A stretch of 64,000 nucleotides of DNA from Squalus acanthias (Eukaryota): the NCBI GenBank assembly GCA_030390025.1, contig CM059432.1, forward strand, positions 126,730,001-126,794,000. The letters run 5' to 3'. Shown piece by piece: positions 1-12,131 of the stretch (within the stretch, counting starts at the first letter, position 1; each line of letters starts with the position of its first letter). Under the pieces are notes generated by a model, which saw nothing but the letters and a program-made list of their open reading frames with translations, had not been told where the DNA came from and did not search any database. The position numbers were made by a program, and so were the translations under genes.

Positions 1-973
1 CAAAAGAGAGCTGGATGAACTCCTAACTGACTGACATCACAACATATAAAATGTAGCTGGGATATTGGGGATGTATCTTCCAGTCACTGTAGCCTCCTGG
101 AACTGGTTTGATTGCCTTTGGGCTGAGGAATTTCCCCAGTGTTTCCTCCCCATCTCAACTGGCCTAGGGTTCTTATCTCTTTCTTGCCTTTCCCAGAAGT
201 GTGTGTGGCTGGATTGAGGGTAGGGGGACAAAGATGGAGCACATGGCATGCATAAGTTGCAGCACAACAATATGAGGCAGGTTTGATGGTCCAGCTGTCC
301 TTTTCGTGTCCATTGCTTCTGTACCTTCGCATAGCAGAGAGACCCCATTTAACCCAGCGTGTCTGTACAGGCTCTGTGCTACAACAATCCAAAACCAACG
401 CTACTGCAGACTTTTGGAGCTTGTTAGATTGCTTTTGGGTGTCAGATAAAATTCCTCAGATTTACTTCCTAAATAGGTCCAGGGTTGTTTTTCTCTTTTT
501 TTTGCATCTCCCAGGAGATTATGTAAAGGCATTGGGGGGAAGAAAAAGGGAAGTTGGTGCAGGTAGCTGCAGTTGGTTTCCCCCCCCCCCCCACCCCGTG
601 CTCCTTTTCATATGTAGACTTCAGCTAATCATTCAATTATACTTGGCAGGAATAACATTTAAGGTATAGGATTACTTTTCTGTCAATTGTTATTGCAAAA
701 ATTGAAGAAACACCTGATACCTGCATCATTCTTATTGCAGTGAGCCCAGAATAACACATTTAAATCCTTTTATAATCTTGGGAATTTCCAATGGATTTCT
801 CATCACTGAGCAAACCTCATTAACAAGAATCGCTGAAGCACAGTTTCTGTACAACAAAGTGTTTCCATAGCACTGTAACAGATTTGTTGTTTACTGTGGT
901 CTCAATGAATTGACTTCAGAAGTGATCTTTCCAACAAAAGCAACAAATTTGCATTAGAAATAGAAGGACTTAC

Positions 974-1087
974 ATGAAGAGGCTGCTCAGCAACCACCAA
1001 CATTCGGTACTCTGCATATTTCCTAACATACTCATAAACATTCAAAGGAGTGACTGGGATGTTGGCTCCACCAGGAACAAGTTCAAC
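974..1087 (-). CDS. UBR5: UBR5 HECT exon, [38 protein letters not shown]
   Basis: 114 nt; acceptor ctgcag, donor GTAAG. Confidence 0.97.
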
Positions 1088-1967
1088 CTGCAGAGAAGAA
1101 AAACATCTTCAGAATTTTTTTTGACATGAGTAAACCGCTACATTTACTGAAAAGTTAGGAAAGGATATTATATTTTTAATCTACAGAAGCACTGGATCAG
1201 AATGCCTTTCCTTTGGACAGTAGAATATCACTGTTCAAAGCAAAACAAGTCTACATCTTTATTTACAACAGAAAATTGCTGTCAAATAAGAGACTTTTAA
1301 TCTCATCCTTTCATAAAAGAACCTATTCAAATCAATGAAAACAAAGCGGAACATGAACTGTGTGCAAACTTTGTGGCATTGGCTATGTGTACAATCTATT
1401 TAATTGTTTGATTATAAGCATTGTCTTTCTTATCCTTTGAACATAACTTAATTTCCACATATAAATAATTGGCTACTATCCAACTGGGAAGGGGGAAATA
1501 AAAACGATGAGTCATTGGATGCTCTGAGCACTTCAAGAGAAACACTACTTAGCACGTGACAGAGATTAGGCAAATTCTTTGACTGATGGTAGAGGAGGTT
1601 GAGAGAGATTCAATCGTCTCTCTAGTTGTGCAAACATAAAACTTGGGCTTGAATAGGGCACCTTAGTGAGAATAATTCTTTGAATACTTCATGCCTACTG
1701 CTCAATTCTGCATCTTGGTGTGGCAGCTTAGGAGGCGTGTTTCTCCATCAGTTTGAAACCCTGAAGTTGTGCAGAGAAGAATCAAGCTTTTACATTCAAG
1801 TAAGTAGGCTTGCCTACCAGCAAACAAGTCAACTACACTAAGCTCTCTCTTGTACTGAATTTGGCACATGCTATACACTTTGAAAAGGTGTGCAACATTG
1901 AAAGTCAGGAAACAGAGCAACTGGTAGCCTATGAACCTTGTGCATACTGATGAACTTTCTACAGACT

Positions 1968-2090
1968 AGTAGAATCAGAACACTATGGCACAGAGATGGG
2001 CCATTTCGTCCTTTAAGTCTGCCCCAGTGTATTTCTCAACATGGGCCACTTAGTCTAATCATACTCTCCTGCTCACTCCCCATACCCTAT
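1968..2090 (-). mobile_element. Decayed CR1-type LINE 3' tail
   Basis: tagaatcagaa...ggcacagagatgggccatttcg resembles the CR1 end at 57724 onward. Confidence 0.5.
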
Positions 2091-2469
2091 ATTTAAAAAA
2101 AAAATCTTTCAAGCAACTAATTCCCTAATAAAATAACGTTTAAACTCGGCTTTAACAGTTTATCGCAGAATTACATTCTAACCTCCCGTTAAAATTTTAG
2201 GATAGATTTTGTTAGGCAAGGGTATCAAGCAAGCACTTGGTGAACTACAGTGAACTTATCCCAAATAATGTCTATTACAAAATTATACCAAATTAGATAG
2301 TGTTGTTAGACAAGGCTTTTGAAGTGATACATGCCATAAATATCGCACTTTCATTCTGTAATAGTTATAATTGCAACTTGCAACAAATCCATCATTAATG
2401 TTCTCATTCATCTTTTTAAAATTGAACTAATTTTACTAACTGCAAAGTGTCACTCAAAAACCATCATAC

Positions 2470-2625
2470 CTGCCCTCCACCTTCTTCCTTACAAAGATCA
2501 ATAGCAAAAGCTAGGTCCATTGCTGCAAAGACTGCATATGCATCTTGGCTTTGAGAGGCGAGGATAAGTTGGCGTAAACTTTCATACATCACATGATCAA
2601 AGAAAGCAAAATCATGCCAATTCAC
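2470..2625 (-). CDS. UBR5: UBR5 HECT exon, VNWHDFAFFDHVMYESLRQLILASQ...DLCKEEGGGQ
   Basis: 156 nt; acceptor ttccag, donor GTATG. Confidence 0.97.
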
Positions 2626-2709
2626 CTGGAAAGTTAAAAGAAATGATTTTCAAAGCAAGTAAGTCCTAATACTATATATCTAAAACTACATATAGAAGTT
2701 GATACTTAC

Positions 2710-2794
2710 TTTTCTTCCTAGCAGAACTTTAATAACATGCCTATTTAGGGTTATAGGGCAGAGTTCATTTTGTAGTAGACATAGACCCAATATC
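2710..2794 (-). CDS. UBR5: UBR5 HECT exon, ILGLCLLQNELCPITLNRHVIKVLLGRK
   Basis: 85 nt; acceptor tttcag, donor GTAAG. Confidence 0.97.
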
Positions 2795-2920
2795 CTGAAA
2801 GGAACGCAAGAGTATATTAATGATGTTTAATTTTAAAGTATGAACCGGCAATATCCCCAACACAATATATTCATAATTGCTAGCGGTATAACTCCGTAAT
2901 ACTGTCGCATCTCATTTTAC

Positions 2921-3099
2921 CTGCCGATATTACGGAAACAATTGAGGCGTGCTTCTGTGTTTTTGCCTGGCCTTGGTGAGTAGAATCCTCGCTTTCCAGG
3001 CTGGTAGAAGAGCGGCGCATTGTCATCACCATCATCTGGCTCATCCAATTCCATGTCGACCACACTTCGACTAGAGCCATGCCGTTTTCTAGTGTCCTG
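2921..3099 (-). CDS. UBR5: UBR5 exon, [15 protein letters not shown]...[11 protein letters not shown] (alternative start at 3096)
   Basis: 179 nt; tandem acceptor CAG CAG, donor GTAAA. Confidence 0.95.
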
Positions 3100-3279
3100 C
3101 TGCAGATCAATTAAAAAAAAAATCATCTACAGCTTTAAGAAGCATCAGTTGGAGCAATGCTACACATTTGTTGGCTAATTTAAACTCTTGCTTTTCTCTC
3201 CTCCTCTGCTTCATCAGAACCCCAAAACAAAATAACCCAGGAACTCTCAGCAGTGTAAGCATAGACTAACAACTCAAAC

Positions 3280-3352
3280 GTAAGCTCCGAAAGCTTGTGA
3301 TTTCAAATAAAACTGTTGGACTATAACCTGGTGTTGTGCGACTTCTCATTTT
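3280..3352 (+). mobile_element. 73-bp Penelope-like terminal repeat fragment
   Basis: 13-bp TSD taacaactcaaac at 3267-3279 and 3353-3365; near-identical to the element at 50989-51147. Confidence 0.75.
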
Positions 3353-3658
3353 TAACAACTCAAACATTAGGCCAGAGAATAAATATAAAACGTTAACACT
3401 GGAACTCAAACGAGCAACTGCTGGCTTCTGTAGTCGAAAATTCAGTTTGTTGCCAACAACGGATTGATTACTAGCAATAAAAGCTGATGAAAACAGAACC
3501 ATGAACATGGAGGTCATACAAAATATACAATAACACAGCCAGATAATAGTACTTAACGTGTACTTTTCATTAAGGAAAGTTTTCCTTTACTGTAACACTT
3601 CTATAGTCTCAAAACACAAATGGTTAGATTTAGTCACAGGAATGCAATTTTCCTCTAC

Positions 3659-3719
3659 CTGAGATTTATCTGATGAATCGAGCAATCCCAAATCCAATAT
3701 ACTATCGGCACCATTTTCC
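3659..3719 (-). CDS. UBR5: UBR5 exon, ENGADSILDLGLLDSSDKSQ
   Basis: 61 nt; acceptor ttacag, donor GTAGA. Confidence 0.94.
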
Positions 3720-3810
3720 CTGTAAAAAAAAATTGCAACATTTAATGGGACATATTTTAAAAACACAAATACAGCATTAGCTAGGGTTATAATTTTTCAA
3801 ATGTATTTTA

Positions 3811-3957
<147 letters not shown>

Positions 3958-4104
3958 TCAATTAATACATTACAACTTTTTATTGCAAGTTAAATTTACA
4001 TAATTCACTTTAGAAAATTTTCCAAAATAAATCCATCCTTGATAAGAATCTACAGGTAAAGATTACAAAGTGGATTGACGAAATTTACAGTACGTTATAC
4101 TTAC

Positions 4105-4249
4105 TGGCTGCATTGCTTGAACCCGAGGATACAGCCGCTCTCCAAGTGCTTGCCGATGAGCTGGCAGCGGATCTGGGTCATCACTGGGATTTCCTTCTGA
4201 TGCTGGCCGGAAAGGTCTGGTATCTATGGAAAGCTGCCTTCTCGATTCC
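4105..4249 (-). CDS. UBR5: UBR5 exon, start of MLLE/PABC domain, ESRRQLSIDTRPF...RQALGERLYPRVQAMQP
   Basis: 145 nt; acceptor ttgtag, donor GTAAG. Confidence 0.97.
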
Positions 4250-5713
4250 CTACAAAATTGAGAACAAAGACTACCTTTACTAATCATGGATTGTATTATA
4301 TCGGAACATTTATACTCGCATTATTTCTTCAATACACCACTAAAACTAACCTGGAAACATGAGCGGTAGCATCCTCCTACTGTATTAAATATTTCAAAAA
4401 AATGTGGAAATCTACCCAAGTAATAAAATTAACATTTGTGCATGCTTTCTACATAGAATACTGCAAGACATTGCTCAATTAAAAAAAGGTCACACAAGAG
4501 CTGGACTAATTTGTTACACAGCTTCACATTGAGCAAGCAATAGGCTATTCAACCCATCAACTTATCTTTTAGGATCTAATCCAATTCAGTACAGCAAGTA
4601 GAAAATGTGATGACAAGCTTATTCAGTGCCTTGTTGATGTTTGTAATGTAATTCTACAGTGCTAGCATTTTATTGGCTCAGGTGCCTGCCAGACATTGTG
4701 TAGTTAAAAAGGACACTGACCATTATCAGATGGCCATTTTAAGTTTAGCGGGACGTCGTGAAAGCTGATTAAAGGTTTTGGATTTGTGATTACAGCTCTA
4801 AGTCCCACTTTGATGTGAATGTATTGGAAAATTGAGTGTCAATTTCAATATCACCTGCAAAAGGTTTATAAAAATACAGAATATCATGAAAGTTCCATGC
4901 TTTGGATTTTCACAAATCCTGGTCATAGGGGCATAATCTTAGCAATTGGATTGAAACAATTTGGAGTACAAGCTTGTAAGCTGACAAAGTTAGTGAAGCA
5001 CATGTTTTACAGATGCACTAACCATTCCCAGCAAACATACTTCAAAAAAGAATCGACATAACAGATCACTTGTCAAGTTTTATGACAATTAGTTTCAATC
5101 ATTGAGACAGCAACTGGACAGTACTGATCATGCTACATGTAAAGAACATGGATGTGAAGAGGGGACAACAGATTGGACAGCAAACAGGAAAGGTTTTTAG
5201 GCTGAGCTGTCAAGTTGGCAGTGGGTATAGACTACACCCCAAACATAAGCTAGAATCAGGTTTCACTTAACTGAGGAAAAAACAAGCTCATTTATAATCG
5301 CTGATATAAAATTCTGCCGTTGTTTTTTTTTGCAAACTGCAATTTTGAGAAAGCCAAGAAAACTATTTTGTTAAATATACTTAAGTGGCAATGCTATAAT
5401 ATTGCTTTACTTGAATTTGAACAGAGAACACCAATGTAAGGTCATAAAATTGTTTAGGGTTGAACCACATAATTCTCCTTTCTTCAATTAGGGGACTGAA
5501 TATACACTCATACCACACCAAGACCCGGCCTCTGAACCAAACGTTTTTATTTAAGACAGACAGGCAAAGGAACAGTATATAACTGTGAATCACACACACC
5601 TTTCTTTCCGCCTTGATATATAGAATAGTAAAGACACCAAGTCAATTGTAGCTTCATATCATACTAAGCCGCTTGCATCAGAGAGCAGTTATAATCTAAC
5701 AGCTCATACTCAC

Positions 5714-5822
5714 CGATCTCTGTCTCGGCGAGAGCCTGCTCGCATTCCACCACTTCTCCTCATTTCCCTTTCTCTCTCTCTTTCCCGTTCCCTCTCTCGG
5801 TTCCTCAGTCGCTGCATTAGAC
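5714..5822 (-). CDS. UBR5: UBR5 Arg/Glu-rich exon, LMQRLRNRERERERERERE...GSRRDRD
   Basis: 109 nt; acceptor tttag, donor GTGAG; phases fit both neighbours. Confidence 0.94.
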
Positions 5823-6723
5823 CTAAACCAAATACAACTATTTAAAAATTTAACTTCTGTGCTCAGTTTAATTAGTTCTGTTTACAATACTTATTTAAGA
5901 AAAACAGCTAGTACCACTGATTACATTAATTTTACAGGACCACAAAATTTTTATTTTTTCCAGATTTCAAAGTTTGTTGAAAAATCTACAAATATTACGA
6001 ATATATTTTAGGTCTAACTGCAATATATATTTCTGCTTCTGAGATGATCCGAACCCCATCTCTCTCCATATGTACATACCACTACGAAACTAGAAGATCC
6101 AACAGGGTAGATTTTGTAAATCCTGTCCTGCATTAGACACAAAATACAAAGTACTAACCCTAGGGTTGAAGTGATCTAACAAATTAACTACTGTTTTTGC
6201 TTAAAAGATTATGCAATGAATTTGCAAAAATAGCTTGGTCATGAGGGACATCAGCAGTTTGACCATCACATGCTTCGTTATTTAAGAAACAGAGACCAAG
6301 TTCTAACAAACAATAATTCACTTAGACATTAGCAAAGTATTTGCCATTTTAAATTCTATTTTCAATGCTCTGGTTGTTTCATAATCTGTTCCTTTGATGT
6401 AATAACGATCAGTGGGGTTTGAGGCGAAATGATGTGGAAAAGGCAGCCACTCGAGGATTAATGATGGCCTGGTATGATTGACCTGATCAGCAAGTAACAG
6501 GTACTGCAATTTTTCCAGAGTATTGCAGATACTAGTTATGCCCACCAAACTTCTCATATCGATTAAGATGCAGGATATGTTTATGGCATTCAACATTAAA
6601 ATGCTGATACAGCCATTAAGTTTTCTTCCAATTTTCCAATGACAAGTGAATTGGCCAATGACTTAAGTGACTGCACACACATACGGTTTATATTTTTTGC
6701 AATATACTTAAAAAATCACATAC

Positions 6724-6967
6724 TGGTTTGTAATCCCTTGCTAGCATTCTGTATACAGTCCAGGTTTGGCAATTTTTCACTGGACAGAAATGCTTGTGCA
6801 ATTGCGGTGTAAAAACTTCGAGCCACTCCACTACCCTCTCCTGGCTCATCTTTGAAAGTAACCTTCACCCTGTGCACAGTCATTGGAGTTGTAGTGCATC
6901 TGCGACCGAAGTGATTATTCAGTTGCCTCATTGTTTGCTGAATCAAGAGATCACGATCACGATCAAC
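6724..6967 (-). CDS. UBR5: UBR5 exon, VDRDRDLLIQQTMRQLNNHF...FKDEPGEGSGVARSFYT...GLQT
   Basis: 244 nt; acceptor tttcag, donor GTATG; HECT N-terminal motif. Confidence 0.97.
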
Positions 6968-7254
6968 CTGAAACACCATAGAAATTAATTGTCAACATTC
7001 TTTTTTTTTGGCTCTGCTAATTAACATTTCCAAAATGCTGTGAACGACTTACAATAATGAAATGAATGCAAGTACTGTCCCAATAAGTACAGGAAACTTC
7101 CATTGTTAAAGAAAACTTGTGAAAAAAGTGATAGAAACAGACAGGTCCCGATTAAAACAGACTTTTAAACAGCGTACATTCATCCACTGTTTAATAGCTC
7201 GGACATCAATATTTCAGCTAAATTCAGTTTAAGGCATCCACGAACTGGCAAAAA

Positions 7255-7613
7255 TCTTACATAACCCAGGAAGTTCCCAGGTTTAATTCTTGGACTGCAT
7301 GAAAGAACTATTGTAACTAGCTAAGAGGTGGGCACTATAATTGTTTACATTTTTAAGCCAGGAAAGAAGAAACTAATCAAACAGGTTTCTCAGTGCTGAC
7401 TGTCACCAAGTTACCCATGCTGGAAAATGTGCATATGGAAACTGGGGTTGGGTGAAAGTGGCCTTAACTGTGATGCCCCCTACGGTCACGTACCCTACTG
7501 ACGCTCATTGCCCAGGCTCATTTGTGTAAATGGCTACGTGAGCAAAGGACTGAAGAGCTGCCAGTACCCATGCAAACGTCACCAGCTCCAGAAGAGGAGC
7601 AGGGGGAAAAAAA
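7255..7613 (+). repeat. Old dispersed SINE-like repeat, unnamed family
   Basis: Shares motifs (ccaggaagttcccaggtt; ccaagttacccatgctggaaa; ctgtgatgcccc) with degenerate copies near 9650-9890, 38085-38160, 50085-50290 and 52880-53520. Confidence 0.55.
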
Positions 7614-7846
7614 TGGGAATACAAATTCATTTACGAGTTGCTTTTATTACAATAATAAACACATTAGTGTGTTTATTAAAAAAAAACTTACAAGACTATA
7701 ATAACCACTGTGTAAAGATACAAGAAATAATCTTATACTACCTCCTAACAAGGTTTAAAAAGGGACAAAGGGGTGGCCAGAGACAAAAAAAAACATGTAG
7801 GAGGTATCCAACCAGCAATCATGAAATCAAGCTAACTTTCTGTTAC

Positions 7847-7945
7847 CTCTAGAGTTAGGTCTCTAGACTGAGCATTTCTTAGTTTCTCCATTTCTCGCCG
7901 GAATTTCGACTCTTTCACTTCAAACCCACCAAGTTCAGTCAAAAT
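7847..7945 (-). CDS. UBR5: UBR5 exon, ILTELGGFEVKESKFRREMEKLRNAQSRDLTLE
   Basis: 99 nt; acceptor gacag, donor GTAAC. Confidence 0.96.
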
Positions 7946-8084
7946 CTGTCGGAGGAAAATTTCACTCTACATTATTTGAAGTGCTGCATAAAACTACATT
8001 AAGTTTAAAAATAATTACTAATTTCAGAATTATCCAGTTTTCTATACTGGTGTTGGAATGCTGTGTTTTAAATGTCATCCTTAC

Positions 8085-8205
8085 CGATCCAGGTTCAGCT
8101 CCTACATCTTCCATAAACACTCGCCCAAAGAGTTCCAAAGACAGGCGCCAACGTCCTAACAACATGTCATGAGAAATCACCATTCCCATGAAACTACATT
8201 GTGGC
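8085..8205 (-). CDS. UBR5: UBR5 exon, [40 protein letters not shown]
   Basis: 121 nt; acceptor tcccag, donor GTAAG. Confidence 0.97.
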
Positions 8206-8380
8206 CTGGGAATTAATAAAAACAACAAGGAAAGAGTGATGAATTTCTAAGTGTAAGCTATATAGATTGAATTGGAGAATATGGCAAAATAGTCCTTTAA
8301 CATAGCTTTGAGCCATTTTGAAAGTCAGCTAGAATTTAATAGAACACCCAGGTTACTGCGAGTCTGTGAAGAACAGTTAC

Positions 8381-8601
8381 CTGAATGATGTAAGTGGTGG
8401 TCCTTCACTTTCAGTAAGCCCAATCTCAGCCAGTAAACTGCTTTTTAGTTGTGCTGCAAGGTCTTGAGCAGATGGCCCTATTCGTGAATTTTCAGATTCA
8501 TCTTCTGGTAATACTTGCTCATCAGCTGCCTTCCTCTGCCGATTCTGCATACTCATAACATTCTTCAGGTTAGAAGAGTAAGACATTTTTGTGGGAAGCA
8601 C
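8381..8601 (-). CDS. UBR5: UBR5 exon, VLPTKMSYSSNLKNVMSMQ...LTESEGPPLTSF
   Basis: 221 nt; acceptor cttcag, donor GTAAC. Confidence 0.96.
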
Positions 8602-9649
8602 CTGAAGAATAGGACCACAGTATTGCAGTAGATTAGCAATGTTCGGATTAAAAAACATTTATTTAACTAGGCTCAAAGTTTAATGAACTATGCTTGCAGT
8701 AAACTCTGTTTCTTGAAGGAGGCAGAGAAAGGATAGAATAACCAAAAGCAGAAGACTGAATCACTTCCAAGAATTTTGATAGAATGTAGATGAAAGCCTA
8801 GTAAAGTTAAGCCAGTGAATGCCATGCTATATTTTGGGATGTTGTGAATACCACAAAAGGAACCACTGTTGTGTACCAACTGCCTTTTCTCAGGATAGTT
8901 TCCATAAATAAAGTTAAAACATAAGTATGCTTAACTGACTGAGAAATTTAAAAATTGTAGCTGATCACAAGATAGCTCCCTGAATACTGGGCATCAGAAA
9001 GTTTTAGCCCTTCGATTCCTTGCTGAAAAATACAGGAATTAAACTCAAAAGGGCCAACATTCTTGAGTTCAATTTCCTCTCTACAGGGAACCTTAAGAGT
9101 GTACTCCACCCATCCGGAAAACAAACTAGTGTTTGCAGCTGAGGGGGAAAATAAACTTGGGAAATACAAAAACCTGTTCTTTGCTGTGTCTTCTCCGGAA
9201 CAAATTCCAGAGAGATGAGCAGTCAGGTGCTGCGGCAGGAAATGGCAGAACAAATAGTACTGAAGGAGTACTTCAGAAAGTCTTACAGGAGGTCCCTTGC
9301 CCAACACCTTACTCTTTTGTAAAAGCTGCTCAGTTGGAGGTACTTAGTGGCTGAAACCACTTTCACATTTCTATACTGATTAGAATTAAAATCAGTGCCA
9401 AGTCAGAAGTGACTACATCAGATCGTGCCAACAGTTAGTGTTGAAACTATTAGTAATGGAGGACTCATGACTCAGTCACTCACTCTTAACTGTTATTACC
9501 AATGACTGCAGAGCCCCTAGGTTCAAGGAGGAAGCACTTCCTGGAAAACCCAAGCTTCTTGGCCATATGAAATAATACAGACCCACTCAGGCAATAAATT
9601 TTCCTTAAAACATTTGAGCAGTTGATTATCTGTCTGACCTGAAGGGATA

Positions 9650-9890
9650 ATCTATGGCTGAACCAGCATCAGTGACCAAACTGTCATGTATCTTCACCCA
9701 ACATCCACACAAGCACGTGCACACTTTCGAACATGGGTGACTGGATAGCTAGCAGGAACAGTAGCCCCGATTGATTTTCCCCTCCACAGCCCAGAGGTGC
9801 TGAAGCCAACCTAGCGGTCACGAGCTAATACAGCACAAACTCAGAATCAAAGCTAAGAGCTTCTAGTTCACTTGCCTTTACCAAGTGAGC
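9650..9890 (-). repeat. Old SINE-like repeat, same family as 7255-7613
   Basis: Reverse complement contains gctcacttggtaaa (A-box-like) and ctatccagtcacccatgttcgaaagtgtgc. Confidence 0.5.
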
Positions 9891-10573
9891 AGGCTGAATA
9901 AATTTTAAGCAGAATGATTAAGTTTTGAGCAGCTGTAGTAAGACTACATGAAGACCAATAGCCCTGCAGGGGCACTCTTCATATAGAGCACAATTGATGT
10001 ATTGGGAAGCACTGTGTGGTCAGCTGCAGAGTTGAAAAATAGACCCAGAAGTGACTTTAATATGCAACACCCAGCATGAAGAAGGGTTCCAATTTCTCTA
10101 CAAGCCTCCCAGAAAAATCCAATTTGCGATCAACAGCAAACTACTAAAAGCAGTTGGTAAAAAGTCAACTAGTGAGAAGACCAAATACTGTATAGTGACA
10201 ATAGAAGACAGTTAACGTCTGAACAACTGCAGTTAAGAATGTTATGCAAGTCTTTGTTATGAGAGGAGGAATTATAAAAAAAGGTTCCATAAGGGCCTGT
10301 AATAGAATCTTCTATAATTACCCTTTTGAAGACCGACACGACACCCAAAATAGATCCAGAATGTAGCCCACAGCGTGGAAAGTTCTAGAATAAGGTTTTG
10401 ATTATCACTCAAAATGCTATTGAGTATGAAAATGCCAAGAAAATCTTAAGAGTACCTTAAATAGTATTTCTTTGCATGTGCATTAAAACAAGATGGAAGT
10501 AGTTGACGGGAACTTGGTCAAATATTTTTAAACAGCCCCTTACCTGTGGCTAGTCTACGGGTGACAAAGATCA

Positions 10574-11235
10574 CTGGGAGAATTTATGTTCAGTTAAATA
10601 TATAGGTTGTGCTGGCTTTGTCAGCGTAATTCACCCCAAATCGGCCAAACCAGCACGAAAGATCGTGGAATTTCAAGCACAAATTGAGTTACCGCGATCT
10701 TTTGCGCCAGTTTAATAAACGCACTAGAAGCTGGCCACGCCCCCAGATTGAATTAATCACCAGAGAGTTTCTAATTGCGCCTGTCTGCCGGCCTTCAAGG
10801 AGGCTTTTAAAATTAAACTTTTTTGGCGCAAGGACACTAATAAGCAAGTTTTAAAAGCTTTTAATTTTAAAAAATTTTTACTAAGTAACTGACTACTGTA
10901 CACCAATGTAACTAGTAACTGGTTCTGTATTGCATTTTAAAGCCATTTTTAGTTATTTAAAATCAGGTTACTCACGGGTGGTGAACAAGACACTGATTAA
11001 AAATGCCTATTCTGTGATTTAACCCATTTTCAGCTGCAGTAATAAATACGATTTTAATGCAATTTTTAAAATAAAAATTATGTTGTAGAACACTTCCTGA
11101 TTGCGCTGGTTCATGGCAGATCTTGCATTCGGCGATATGCAAATGTGTTTACGTGAAAACTTAAGCAAGAAAAAAAAACTGCCAAAACTAGTGCAATTTT
11201 GGGCGCAATTTGCGCCCAAAGTGGAAATCTTGGCC
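10574..11235. mobile_element. Non-coding MITE-like element (CpG-rich ends, AT-rich core)
   Basis: Same tripartite composition as 19228-19978; palindrome gggcgcaatttgcgccc at 11201-11217; terminal repeats degenerate. Confidence 0.4.
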
Positions 11236-11794
11236 TGGATCTTGATTCAACATAGAAAGTTTCAATTTTCAATTCAGACCAACAGGTACATTTAAACAAA
11301 GTCGTAACTTATCAGATTGGGCTGAAAATGTTCTGATTGCACGTGTTCTGGCTATCCATTCCGAAAGGCAAAAACAGGAGTTCTCAGAATTTTACTAAAA
11401 AGTTTCCTAATATGTAGTCAGATACAACTGTGTAAATGTGCCCTACTGTTATACTTCCTGCATGCACTGATGTGCCAAGTGCCCAATGTTGATCCTAACC
11501 TCTTGACTACTGCAAAAAAACAAACCTGGCCAAACTACATTTTTTTTTTAAAAAAAGGGTCTTGGTAAACAAGCAACGTTTTAAACCTGCATTTCATTGC
11601 AGTACAAAAGAACACTATTTTGAAGAAAATAATGCATTAACATGCAACAAAAATGTCAATTAGTCAAGCTTCATAAATCTCCCCTGTTATATTAACACAG
11701 GATGGTCCCAAGAGTCAAAAAGAACAAAGATGATACACAGATAAGAAAGCTATCTTTGAAGATACTGAATTACAAGTATTCATGAAAATCTTAC

Positions 11795-11908
11795 CTCTAA
11801 GCAGTTTCTATCCACAGTTACTTCAGTTATACCTTTTCCAAGGCCTGAAAAGGATGAATATAGACCTTGGCTTGGGCGACCAAATAAATCTTCCTTTCTA
11901 GCATTGGG
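11795..11908 (-). CDS. UBR5: UBR5 exon, PNARKEDLFGRPSQGLYSSFSGLGKGITEVTVDRNCLE
   Basis: 114 nt; acceptor ctatag, donor GTAAG. Confidence 0.95.
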
Positions 11909-12131
11909 CTATAGAAAGAAAAGGGAACAAACTCAAACACCTAACTAAAAACATTCCCCCCCCGCCCCCAGAGAATTATTAAGTCACTCCAACATGAATC
12001 TTCTCTGAAAGCTCAAGCACAGTAATACAATTTGCATAGGTAGCTGCTACATCAGTTTATTAGCACTGTTACAGTAAGAAACTTACAAAAAAAGTGTCCG
12101 TGAATAGACCATTCAGTGCTGCTGCGTTTAC

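Noticed and set aside
5755..5805. (CT)n-like tract as a microsatellite
   Set aside because: It is UBR5 coding sequence (RE dipeptide repeat).
6318..6596. 92 aa ORF with a faint resemblance to Penelope RT
   Set aside because: Similarity too weak to support without a profile search.
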